NCBI GenBank assembly: GCA_015061775.1
Contig: SUVY01000002.1
Coordinates: 12,157-76,156, forward strand
Reading direction: 5' to 3'
DNA length: 64,000 nucleotides
DNA from: Lentisphaerota bacterium
Lineage (GTDB): Bacteria; Verrucomicrobiota; Lentisphaeria; Victivallales; Victivallaceae
In this document: piece after piece, positions 50,875-59,366 of the stretch
Layout of the letters: every line of letters starts with the position of its first letter
Position numbering within the stretch: the stretch's first letter is position 1
The notes under the pieces: model-generated
The model's input: only the letters and a program-made list of their open reading frames with translations
Database searches by the model: none
What the model was told of the DNA's origin: nothing
Program-made: the position numbers and the translations under genes

Positions 50875-52530
50875 ATGAAATCAAGTAACGAAATAGTACA
50901 CTTTGACCATATAGTCATCGGCAGCGGACTTGCAGGTCTCTCAAGCGCGCTTCACCTCGGCAGAAAAGGCAGACGCGTGGCTGTTGTGACCAAGCGCGCC
51001 ATCGATGAATGCAACAGCCGTCTCGCCCAGGGCGGAGTGGCTTGCGTCATGGATGCCCTCGATACTTTCGACGAGCATGTACGCGACACTCTTGTTGCAG
51101 GTGCCGGTCTTTGTAATGAGGAAAATGTCCGTGCCATCGTTGAAGCTGGTCCGGAAGCTGTACGAAATATCATCGAACTCGGCGCTCAATTCACCACCCG
51201 CGGAGACCTCGGTTTTTCCAGCGAACGTGAAGCTTACGACCTCGGAAGAGAGGGCGGACATCAGAAGAGAAGAGTCCTCCACGCCGGAGACATCACAGGC
51301 GCTGAACTTGAGCGGGTCATGGTCGATGCCGTGAAAAAGCTTGACAATATCTCCATTTTCGAGGACCACACCGCAATCGACCTTGTAATGTCGCTGCGCC
51401 GCTCCTCGGATAACCCCGGACGCTGTTTCGGCGCGTATGTCCTCGATAATAAATCAGGCAAAGTAATCACTATGCTCGCTCCGACCACGGTGATCGCTTC
51501 CGGCGGAGCGGGAAAAGTATATCTCTATACCAGCAATCCGGATATAGCCTGCGGTTCTGGCGTCGCTATGGCATACCGCGCCGGAGCCAAGATAGCAAAC
51601 ATGGAGTTCATCCAATTCCATCCCACCATCCTGCATCATGAAAAAATCAGATCGTTTCTGATTTCTGAGGCACTGCGCGGAGAAGGCGCCGTTTTGAAAA
51701 GTGTTGAAAGCCGCAATGCAGAACCCGTGGAGTTTATGCACAAATACCATCCGATGAAGAGTCTTGCTCCGAGGGATATCGTTGCAAGAGCCATAGATTC
51801 AGAGATGAAACGAACTGGAGCAGAATGTGTCTATCTTGACATAAGACATATTCCGGAAGATAAACTCAAACTGCGTTTTCCGCATATATTTTCAAAGTGC
51901 CTTGAGGCAGGTATAAATATGGCGCACGATCTCATTCCGGTCGTTCCAGCCGCTCACTTCATCTGCGGAGGCATCAAAACAGGAATCGACGGTGCATCAA
52001 GTATTCCCGGACTTTACGCCGTTGGCGAATGTGCCTGTACCGGACTTCACGGAGCAAACCGTCTCGCCAGCAACAGTCTGCTTGAAGCGATGGTGGTTCC
52101 GATGTTTCTCAGCAAAGCTATCGACCGCGACTTTGAAGAGCTCGCAAAATCCGCTCCTGATAAAACCGTTGACCTCTCCTGGCAGAGCGGAAATGCCACA
52201 GACTCCGATGAGCAGGTTGTAATTGCCCACAACTGGGAGGAGATCCGCAGTTTCATGTGGGACTATGTCGGAATCTACCGCACTACAAAAAGACTTGAGC
52301 GGGCAAAAAACCGCATAGAACTGCTGCAGAAGGAGATCGACAAGTATTACCGCGACTATATCGTCACCACCGATTTGATCGAGCTGCGCAATATCGCAAC
52401 AGTCGCAGAACTTATCATCACCTGCAGTATGCTCAGGCATGAGAGCCGCGGAGCCCATTGCAATGCAGATTTTCCAGACCGCGATCCCGCGATGGATTGC
52501 GTTGATACCGTGATCGAAAGACCATTTTAA
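50875..52530 (+). CDS. nadB: L-aspartate oxidase
   Basis: Start at ATG 50875 (the ORF-track TTG is at 50845). Motifs: VIGSGLAGL, QGG, EFIQFHPT, HF.CGG, GANRLASNSL. Confidence 0.9.
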   Translation: MKSSNEIVHFDHIVIGSGLAGLSSALHLGRKGRRVAVVTKRAIDECNSRLAQGGVACVMDALDTFDEHVRDTLVAGAGLCNEENVRAIVEAGPEAVRNIIELGAQFTTRGDLGFSSEREAYDLGREGGHQKRRVLHAGDITGAELERVMVDAVKKLDNISIFEDHTAIDLVMSLRRSSDNPGRCFGAYVLDNKSGKVITMLAPTTVIASGGAGKVYLYTSNPDIACGSGVAMAYRAGAKIANMEFIQFHPTILHHEKIRSFLISEALRGEGAVLKSVESRNAEPVEFMHKYHPMKSLAPRDIVARAIDSEMKRTGAECVYLDIRHIPEDKLKLRFPHIFSKCLEAGINMAHDLIPVVPAAHFICGGIKTGIDGASSIPGLYAVGECACTGLHGANRLASNSLLEAMVVPMFLSKAIDRDFEELAKSAPDKTVDLSWQSGNATDSDEQVVIAHNWEEIRSFMWDYVGIYRTTKRLERAKNRIELLQKEIDKYYRDYIVTTDLIELRNIATVAELIITCSMLRHESRGAHCNADFPDRDPAMDCVDTVIERPF

Positions 52531-53768
52531 TGAAAAAGACACAACTGAATTTATCTGTCAGCCGCAACGCATACGAAATAGTATCTCAGCTTCAGGATAA
52601 CGGCTATGAAGCATATATCGTCGGAGGTGCAATACGCGATCTGCTGTTGGGCAGAACTCCGAAGGATTTTGACATCTCGACATCCGCGACTCCGGAAGAG
52701 GTGCGCGGAGTATTCGGCAGAAGACACGCCCGCATAATCGGCAAACGCTTCAGACTTGTCCATGTCTATATGAACGGAGAACTCTTTGAAGTAAGCACTT
52801 TCAGGCAGGCTCCTGACGCAGAAGAGCAGGAAAACCGCAAGCAGGGAAAACTTGCCGACCTTCCGGAACACCTCATCGTCTCAGACAACTCATTCGGAAG
52901 CGCAGAAGAGGATGTTTGGAGACGGGATTTTACCGTCAACGCCCTCTTTTACAACCCCGTAAACTGCGAAATACTCGATTACACCGAGTACGGAGTTGAT
53001 GACATCAACAACGGCATCGTCCGCGCCATCGGAAACCCCACGCTGCGTTTTGAGGAAGATCCGGTACGTATGCTCCGTGCCCTGAAACTGGTCGCCCAAT
53101 ATGATTTCACTGTCGAGTCTGAGACCGAGAATGCGCTCTTCCAGCAAATGCATCTCATCCAATGCGCTGCACCGTCAAGACTCTCGCTTGAGCTTGAAAA
53201 AATACTGCAGTCGATTTACAGTGACCGCCATTTTGAAGTATTCCACGATTACGGTCTTTTGAAATATTTTCTTCCGGAAATCGATGCGCACTGGGGCTCC
53301 GGACACATTGAGTATATGCTCGATATGCTCTATGAACGCAACTGCCGGGTAGATGAGGGAGAATACCGCAGCAGTATATCCATCGCTCTCGCCATTATCG
53401 CAATTCCGTTTCTGGAACGGGCATACGGAAGAGAGCCGGGACAGTTGTGGGACAAAGATCAGGATACCAACGATCTCATCAGCGAAGTAGTTTCCGGAGC
53501 AACTGCTCCGCACAACATGATGGTGAGAATGAGAATGTCTGCTGAGAAAATTTTGCAAATCCTGCCCGAGCTGGTCTTCGGAGCAGTTTCCAAGCGTCAT
53601 CAACTCATGCAGAACCGCAGTTATCCGCACGCCCGCGAAATCGGAGTGATACACAGCTGCGTCACCCGCAAATCAAGCAGCGAATTTGAAGCTGTCTGGC
53701 CGTTCCGCAGCGAGGCGGCGTTTTCCGGACGCAACCGGAACTCAAGCCACAAAAAGAAACGTCAATGA
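52530..53768 (+). CDS. Poly(A) polymerase / tRNA nucleotidyltransferase family protein (PcnB-like)
   Basis: 412 aa with a TAATG overlap to nadB. The GGAIRDLLLGR.PKDFDI head-domain motif and RRDFT.NAL are present. Confidence 0.75.
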   Translation: MKKTQLNLSVSRNAYEIVSQLQDNGYEAYIVGGAIRDLLLGRTPKDFDISTSATPEEVRGVFGRRHARIIGKRFRLVHVYMNGELFEVSTFRQAPDAEEQENRKQGKLADLPEHLIVSDNSFGSAEEDVWRRDFTVNALFYNPVNCEILDYTEYGVDDINNGIVRAIGNPTLRFEEDPVRMLRALKLVAQYDFTVESETENALFQQMHLIQCAAPSRLSLELEKILQSIYSDRHFEVFHDYGLLKYFLPEIDAHWGSGHIEYMLDMLYERNCRVDEGEYRSSISIALAIIAIPFLERAYGREPGQLWDKDQDTNDLISEVVSGATAPHNMMVRMRMSAEKILQILPELVFGAVSKRHQLMQNRSYPHAREIGVIHSCVTRKSSSEFEAVWPFRSEAAFSGRNRNSSHKKKRQ

Positions 53769-55042
53769 ATATGAAGCTTCTGCTCACAGCAGTCGTTATC
53801 CTCTTTTGCATTGTTCTTGCCGCAAAAACTCCGGTGGCAAGAACAGTTCCGTATGCCGGAAAGTTCAGCAAAAAACGGGTTGTCATCCCCCGATACAAAC
53901 GCCCTGCCCGTGAATTCCGCGGAGTGTGGGTCGCTACGGTAGAAAACATCGACTTCCCGACGACGCGCAACGCACAGGCATTCAAAGCTGCATACGAAAG
54001 AATACTCATAAACTCGCGTAAAGCAGGATTCAACGCCATTATATTTCAGGTGCGTCCCACCCTCGATGCGTTTTATCCCTCACGAATAAATCCCTGGTCG
54101 CGCAATCTCACGGGCGTTGAAGGCAACGGAATAAAAAAATTCGACCCCCTTGCCTATATGGTACAAGCGACCCACCGTTACGGAATGGAGTTCCATGCGT
54201 GGCTCAACCCATATCGTGTTTGCGGAAATACCAAAGTTCCGACCGCGAAATATCTGTCATCGCTTGCTCCCGGAAACTTTGCCCGCAGAAATCCCCAATT
54301 CGTGATAGCTCCGGCAAGCGAAACTCCGGGACACCGTACACTTCTGCTTGATCCAGGAATTCCGCAAGTGAGACAACACATCATCGACACTGTGCGCGAA
54401 ATAGTCTCAAAATACGATGTTGACGCTATCCACTTTGACGATTACTTCTATCCTTACGGAGGTGTCCAGAACACCGATGCCGCCTCTTACAGACGCTATA
54501 ATCCGCAAAAACTCGCCCTCAATGCGTGGAGAAGAAACAACGTCGATACTGTAATCAAAGGCGTGTCCGATGTAATAAGGCAAAACAACACAAAACGCAA
54601 ACGCAAAGTCCGGTTCGGAATAAGTCCTTTCGGCATCTGGGCAAATTCCTCAAGCTTCAAAAACGGCTCTCTCACTGGAGGCAAAGAATCTTACTCCATC
54701 AACTACGCCGACACCCGAAAATGGGTAAAATACGGCTGGATAGATTACATCGTTCCTCAGCTTTACTGGCAGTTCAGCCACGAGACCGCTGCATACGCCT
54801 GCCTGACCGACTGGTGGAGCAATACTGTGCGGGGAACCAGAGTAAAACTCTATATCGGACTTGCTCCCTACCGCCTCGGAGCCCCCGGCTGGGGAATAAG
54901 AGAACTTGCCGATCAACTGAAATACAACAGCTCCAAACCGGAAGTTGCCGGAAACGTCATGTTCTCATACAGCAAGGTATTTTTTCCGCGCACAAAAGCC
55001 GCCCGCTCAGGTATCCAGCAGGCCTTATCCCTTTGGAAATAA
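53765..55042 (+). CDS. Secreted glycoside-hydrolase-like family 10 (GHL10/YngK-type) protein
   Basis: 425 aa with an ATGA overlap and a signal peptide. Motifs: FRGVWVATV.NIDFP, FHAWLNPYR, DAIHFDDYFYP. Confidence 0.7.
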   Translation: MNMKLLLTAVVILFCIVLAAKTPVARTVPYAGKFSKKRVVIPRYKRPAREFRGVWVATVENIDFPTTRNAQAFKAAYERILINSRKAGFNAIIFQVRPTLDAFYPSRINPWSRNLTGVEGNGIKKFDPLAYMVQATHRYGMEFHAWLNPYRVCGNTKVPTAKYLSSLAPGNFARRNPQFVIAPASETPGHRTLLLDPGIPQVRQHIIDTVREIVSKYDVDAIHFDDYFYPYGGVQNTDAASYRRYNPQKLALNAWRRNNVDTVIKGVSDVIRQNNTKRKRKVRFGISPFGIWANSSSFKNGSLTGGKESYSINYADTRKWVKYGWIDYIVPQLYWQFSHETAAYACLTDWWSNTVRGTRVKLYIGLAPYRLGAPGWGIRELADQLKYNSSKPEVAGNVMFSYSKVFFPRTKAARSGIQQALSLWK

Positions 55043-55046
55043 GGCT

Positions 55047-57122
55047 CTACTTTTTGAGCAACAGTTTATCAAACTTCTCCACTATCGGCAGTACGCTGTG
55101 CCAGTCGCTGCACAGATAAGCAGCACTCACATCAGGAGTCTTGCTGCTGCGGCGGCTCGGTTGAAGAACTATCTCACATCTGCCTTTTTTCAGAACAAGC
55201 GGCGGATTGCTGTCTTTTTCTCCAGCAGGAACGTCCCATTGGTGCGTTGTGCTGCGCAGCTTCATTTTGCGAAGAACAGTTTTTCCCTCCGGAAGTTTCA
55301 TTTCCAGACGGACGGCGCAATCATCTCCCTTGCGGACAAAAAGCATATAGTTACCGTCTTCCGGTACGTCGAAAACGAGAGTGTGTTTTGTTCCATCTTT
55401 TCTGACCGTTCCCGGAATCATATTTTTCATTACGTTTGCTATCTGTTCTTTGTCGTTCCGGCTGTCAAGGTAAACTGATACCGGAATTGACTTACCATCC
55501 GCAAGGCGGAAAATGAATGCTCCTGAGTGGAGGCGCGCTCCTGACATTTTAAGCGGTTTTACTGTAAATACTACACGCTCTCCAGGTTTGACGACTCCGT
55601 TGTCAGGAGTCACGGTAAAGTGCTCGGCAGCATCGCACATACGGATTTTGTATCGTACAGGCGTCTTGCCGTGATAGGTCACCGACACTTTTTGGCTCTT
55701 CATATCATACGGCTGATTGAATACCACAGTTTTTCTGTCTTGGGAAAGCAAATTTCCCCGTACAGGCAAAACAGCCGGACGCGCAGGGACTCCGTCTGGA
55801 GCTTTCAAATCATCGTTGGTATCGACGGTATAATTTTTCTCCTTGAATACTTCATACATAGAGGCGTAACGCGAATCTGGATAGATGTTTTCCCGGAAAG
55901 TAAAACGGGGAGCTTCATAACTCCCCGCTATGCGCGGATATCCTATCGGTCTGCCGGCAGCATTGTTGCGGAAAAAAAACGCCCTGCCCCACGGAACAAC
56001 TTTTCCGCAGAGAGTCTTCAAAGCTACACCGTACAATCCGAACTCATCTCCCGGACGGGTGATCTCGTTGCAATAGATATAGGATGGACCGCGTCTTACT
56101 GCAGCTATACTGACTCCGCAGAAAAATCCCTCGATGCGGTTGAAGAAGAAACGGGAGTTTTTTTGTCCTCCATCCAGCTCAACGCTGTCATCGTTGCCAA
56201 ACGCAAAATAGTTGCCGTTGATCTCGGCATCTTCGGCGCAGCTGCCTATAAGAGAAAAGTTGTTGCAATCTCCGGCAATAGCGTCATTCCAGCGGAACTT
56301 GTCACTTCCGATAATGTCGTTGTAACGGATCACAGCCCGTTTGGTATCTCCGATAAAAATTCCGTCACTTCCTGCCGGATGACTGTAAAACCAGCTGTTT
56401 CCCGGAGTCTTGGGATCATGGATGAAATTACGCTCGATTATCACATCTTCACATCCTCGGACGGCTATTCCGGCATCGTGCCAGATGGCATTGTTTTTCG
56501 CATTATAATATTTTCCGTCAAGATCAGGACGGAATACTCCCCCCTGCCCGAAACCGGATATATCACAGTTGGTGATAACGATATGTTTTGAGTCTCGCAC
56601 CCGCACCGCATTGAATTTGCCTCCTTTGATGGTAATGCCGTCAAGGATTATATACTGCGCTTTGTCGATAAGAATACCGATTCCGGAGTGTTTGCCGCTG
56701 TCAAAGACAAATCCCGGCTCGGCGGTATAGCGGATGTAGGCTCCCGGATTTCCGGACTTTGGTTTGAAAGTCCTTCCGCAGTTTTTGCGGGTGAGATAAA
56801 TTGTTTTCGCTACCGGAAACTCAAATTTGCGGGTCATGAATCTCCGTAAAAGCTTTTTCCCGCCGACTTCGGCTTCCAGCTCATAAGAGGTGTTCTCTTC
56901 CAGCTTCAACAGGGAACCGCGCAAAACTTTTTCACTCTCGACATATATCAAATCAGGAGAGTTTTTCCACGCACTTTCTCCTGCTTTGCGATATCGAACT
57001 TTTCCGGAAACGCCTCCGGAATATTCGATCGAGCACACCTGAAAACCTGGGATAAGTTTCAAACTCTCAGCATAAATATTGACCGAAAACACAGCCAACA
57101 GCAATAAGATATATTTTTTCAT
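55047..57122 (-). CDS. Secreted right-handed parallel beta-helix protein (pectate-lyase-fold; possible polysaccharide lyase/hydrolase)
   Basis: 691 aa with a signal peptide (MKKYILLLLAVFSVNIYA). An FN3-like N-terminal module is followed by beta-helix repeats (ILDGITIKGGKFNAVRVRDSKHIVITNCDISG...). Confidence 0.6.
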   Translation of the reverse strand: MKKYILLLLAVFSVNIYAESLKLIPGFQVCSIEYSGGVSGKVRYRKAGESAWKNSPDLIYVESEKVLRGSLLKLEENTSYELEAEVGGKKLLRRFMTRKFEFPVAKTIYLTRKNCGRTFKPKSGNPGAYIRYTAEPGFVFDSGKHSGIGILIDKAQYIILDGITIKGGKFNAVRVRDSKHIVITNCDISGFGQGGVFRPDLDGKYYNAKNNAIWHDAGIAVRGCEDVIIERNFIHDPKTPGNSWFYSHPAGSDGIFIGDTKRAVIRYNDIIGSDKFRWNDAIAGDCNNFSLIGSCAEDAEINGNYFAFGNDDSVELDGGQKNSRFFFNRIEGFFCGVSIAAVRRGPSYIYCNEITRPGDEFGLYGVALKTLCGKVVPWGRAFFFRNNAAGRPIGYPRIAGSYEAPRFTFRENIYPDSRYASMYEVFKEKNYTVDTNDDLKAPDGVPARPAVLPVRGNLLSQDRKTVVFNQPYDMKSQKVSVTYHGKTPVRYKIRMCDAAEHFTVTPDNGVVKPGERVVFTVKPLKMSGARLHSGAFIFRLADGKSIPVSVYLDSRNDKEQIANVMKNMIPGTVRKDGTKHTLVFDVPEDGNYMLFVRKGDDCAVRLEMKLPEGKTVLRKMKLRSTTHQWDVPAGEKDSNPPLVLKKGRCEIVLQPSRRSSKTPDVSAAYLCSDWHSVLPIVEKFDKLLLKK

Positions 57123-57128
57123 AATGGA

Positions 57129-58085
57129 CTATTTTATTTCAAGGCAGATATTCCATGTGTTTTTTGCTTTCTTAAATCCTCCTGGCCCGTCCGCGACGGC
57201 GGCAAAGAGATACCTGGGCTCTCCGTTGCCATCAAAGAGCATCTGAGGACGTTCAAGTGAACCATAACAGATGATGTTTCCCTGGTCATCGACCACACTC
57301 CTGGAATAGGCTTTTCCTTCACTCTGCCAGATTATTCCGTCGGCAGATGAAAACTTTGCTCCGGAGTGAAGTTCTCCTGTCAAATTGCCAGTCATATCCT
57401 TGGCGACCATCCGGAATACTTTTCCGTCATGCCAGACAAATGGATCTTCAACGTCTGCTCCGGAAAGTACAGGCTTGTCGCCATACCGCCTGTATTCTCC
57501 TGTAACACTGTCCGCTATCGCAAGTCCGATACGCAGCCCCTCAGGAGTATTGCTGCGATAGTAAAGATATACCCTTCCATCCTCAAGAATAACAGGAGCC
57601 GGGTTAGTGACAATAGAGCTGTCCCAGCCATTCTTATCCGCCTCGAGGATCGGGTTTTTAAACATTTTCCACGGTCCGGCGGGTGATGAGGATTCGGCAA
57701 GGTATATCGCTATCTTGCTGTATGCCGCGTTTATATGATCTTTATTGTTGACATCGCACTCTTTTGTTTCCGGAGTGCCTATAAAAAACATATACCATTT
57801 ATCTTTCCAGCGTCGTACAGCGGGATTATGCGCCATCTGAAGCCCGCTCTCTTCGGCTGGAAAAACGTCTGATATCAGCTTGTAAGAGCCGTCGATCTTT
57901 TCAGCGGCGGCGTGAACGATCCTGCTGTGCATTATATACCCCTCAAACATCGGATATTCTTTGCTCCATGCTGAGGCATAAAGATGAATTCTCTCTCCAT
58001 CTGTTACAGGAGATCCGCACCAAACCCAATGTCCTTCAAGTTTGAACGATCCGCCAGTAAACCTTGTTTCTGAAATCGACATCAT
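57129..58085 (-). CDS. Five-bladed beta-propeller glycoside-hydrolase-like protein (GH43/GH117-like)
   Basis: 318 aa with no signal peptide. W/F-rich repeated blade pattern (GERIHLYASAW, KWYMFFIG, GRVYLYYRS, GKVFRMVAKD). The second ATG at 58082 has better RBS spacing. Confidence 0.45.
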   Translation of the reverse strand: MMSISETRFTGGSFKLEGHWVWCGSPVTDGERIHLYASAWSKEYPMFEGYIMHSRIVHAAAEKIDGSYKLISDVFPAEESGLQMAHNPAVRRWKDKWYMFFIGTPETKECDVNNKDHINAAYSKIAIYLAESSSPAGPWKMFKNPILEADKNGWDSSIVTNPAPVILEDGRVYLYYRSNTPEGLRIGLAIADSVTGEYRRYGDKPVLSGADVEDPFVWHDGKVFRMVAKDMTGNLTGELHSGAKFSSADGIIWQSEGKAYSRSVVDDQGNIICYGSLERPQMLFDGNGEPRYLFAAVADGPGGFKKAKNTWNICLEIK

Positions 58086-58115
58086 ATCTCCTTGTAAATT
58101 TTTGACGTTTAGTTA

Positions 58116-58144
58116 AATATATTTCATAATCCTTCCATGCGCAA
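58116..58144 (-). promoter_or_regulatory. Candidate promoter of the beta-propeller/beta-helix operon
   Basis: The minus strand reads TTGCGC (58144-58139), a 17-nt spacer, then TATATT (58121-58116). An AAGGAG RBS follows. Confidence 0.4.
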
Positions 58145-58175
58145 TACACTTTTCTGTAAAAAACATACACTTTTC
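58144..58175. promoter_or_regulatory. Probable AraC-type operator: two perfect 11-bp direct repeats
   Basis: ATACACTTTTC occurs at 58144-58154 and again at 58165-58175, 21 bp start to start. The pair fills the gap between the two divergent -35 boxes. Confidence 0.5.
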
Positions 58176-58178
58176 CGC

Positions 58179-58207
58179 TTGACAAAACAGCTCAGCAGGT
58201 CTATATT
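58179..58207 (+). promoter_or_regulatory. Promoter of the AraC-family gene (possibly leaderless mRNA)
   Basis: TTGACA, a 17-nt spacer, then TATATT. Only 6 nt separate the -10 from ATG 58214, and there is no Shine-Dalgarno. Confidence 0.5.
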
Positions 58208-58213
58208 TGAAGC

Positions 58214-59053
58214 ATGAAAAGCAAAATAAGATACTGTTATCACAACACCTCTGCTCTTGCGGATCAAATCGCAGAGCTTGATTATATTCCGAACTCAGTC
58301 GGTTACGCTGAGGATGCCGTAACATGGCCTTTTAACCCTCCGTTTACCACCGACCCATTTTACCGTATATATCTTCCGCTGACAGGAAGTTTCAAACTCT
58401 CGACGCTTGATGAGGACAAAATTATCTCTCACGGAAGCATATATCTTGTTCCAAGCGGTCAGCCGCTGCGCTTTACAGGAGTAACTCCCTGCACCCACTA
58501 CTGGTGTCACTTCTATTCTGAACGACTTGGACACATGCTCCACGCTCCAGCGATAAGAGAAATACGGCTCAAATCAAGAAACAAATATGCAAAGATGTTT
58601 CTGCGGCTGCTCAAGCTGCTCGACCATACTCCATCTCTGATTGAAACAATGACCATGCGCAACATACTCGGTGAAATAATAGCTTTGTTTCTAAGTTATG
58701 AGCTTACCAACACCGATATTACGCATACCAACGATGATACGGCAAGCCGTGTGGCAAAGTTCTTTGAGGAAAACTTTTCAAGCCGCATATCCATAAGCGA
58801 ACTCTGCCGCTCCTTCAATATGTCGGAGTCCAATTTTTACAAATCGTTCAAAGCCAGGTACGGAGTATCTCCCCGCAAATTTCTCTCGCAAACCAGACTC
58901 AACGCCGCAAGAAAACTGCTGGTCACATGCAAACAAAAAACCGCAGGACAGATAGCCGACATGTGCGGTTTTGATAATTTGCCGCTTTTCTACCGCAGCT
59001 TCAAAAAAGAGTTCGGATCTACTCCCCAGACATTCCGCAGACAAAAGTATTAA
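58214..59053 (+). CDS. AraC-family transcriptional regulator (cupin sensor plus HTH)
   Basis: 279 aa. An N-terminal cupin-like domain is followed by a C-terminal double HTH (ISISELCRSFNMSESNFYKSFK...GQIADMCGFDNLPLFYRSFKKEFG.TP). Confidence 0.85.
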   Translation: MKSKIRYCYHNTSALADQIAELDYIPNSVGYAEDAVTWPFNPPFTTDPFYRIYLPLTGSFKLSTLDEDKIISHGSIYLVPSGQPLRFTGVTPCTHYWCHFYSERLGHMLHAPAIREIRLKSRNKYAKMFLRLLKLLDHTPSLIETMTMRNILGEIIALFLSYELTNTDITHTNDDTASRVAKFFEENFSSRISISELCRSFNMSESNFYKSFKARYGVSPRKFLSQTRLNAARKLLVTCKQKTAGQIADMCGFDNLPLFYRSFKKEFGSTPQTFRRQKY

Positions 59054-59057
59054 AATA

Positions 59058-59256
59058 AGCTTTGTTCCCGATATGGGAAGATGATGCGAAAGAAAGCGGG
59101 AAAACTTCTTTTCGCGAGAAAAGAAGCCGAACGTCGGCTTCGTTATTCTTGTCCCCTTGTCCCGCCATAGCCTTGGCGACGGCGGATCTCACCCTTTCAA
59201 GAAAAGCGAAAAAACTTTTTTATTTACTTTCACCTACCTTTGTAGGGAACAAAGCC
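59058..59256 (-). mobile_element. MITE-like non-autonomous element, copy C (199 bp, opposite orientation, with an internal 60-bp replacement)
   Basis: The termini are AGCTTTGTTCCC and GGGAACAAAGCC (11 of 12 positions inverted-complementary). It is flanked by the 8-bp direct repeat TTAAAATA (59050-59057 and 59257-59264). Both ends are near-identical to the reverse complement of copy B. The right arm of the palindrome is replaced by 59127-59186. Confidence 0.7.
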
Positions 59257-59296
59257 TTAAAATATTGAACTGAAAGTAAAAAAAGAGCGTTTTTCT

Positions 59297-59325
59297 GTTG
59301 CAGAAAACAGTTTTTGATGCTATAT
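59297..59325 (+). promoter_or_regulatory. Candidate promoter for typA
   Basis: TTGCAG, a 17-nt spacer, then TATATT, 41 nt upstream of ATG 59367. Confidence 0.4.
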
Positions 59326-59366
59326 TAATATGATAATCTTTCAACTGTAAATCTACGGAAAAAACT

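Noticed and set aside
55620-56591. A 323-aa plus-strand ORF inside the beta-helix gene
   Set aside because: It lies antisense to the signal-peptide-bearing beta-helix ORF and has no motifs.
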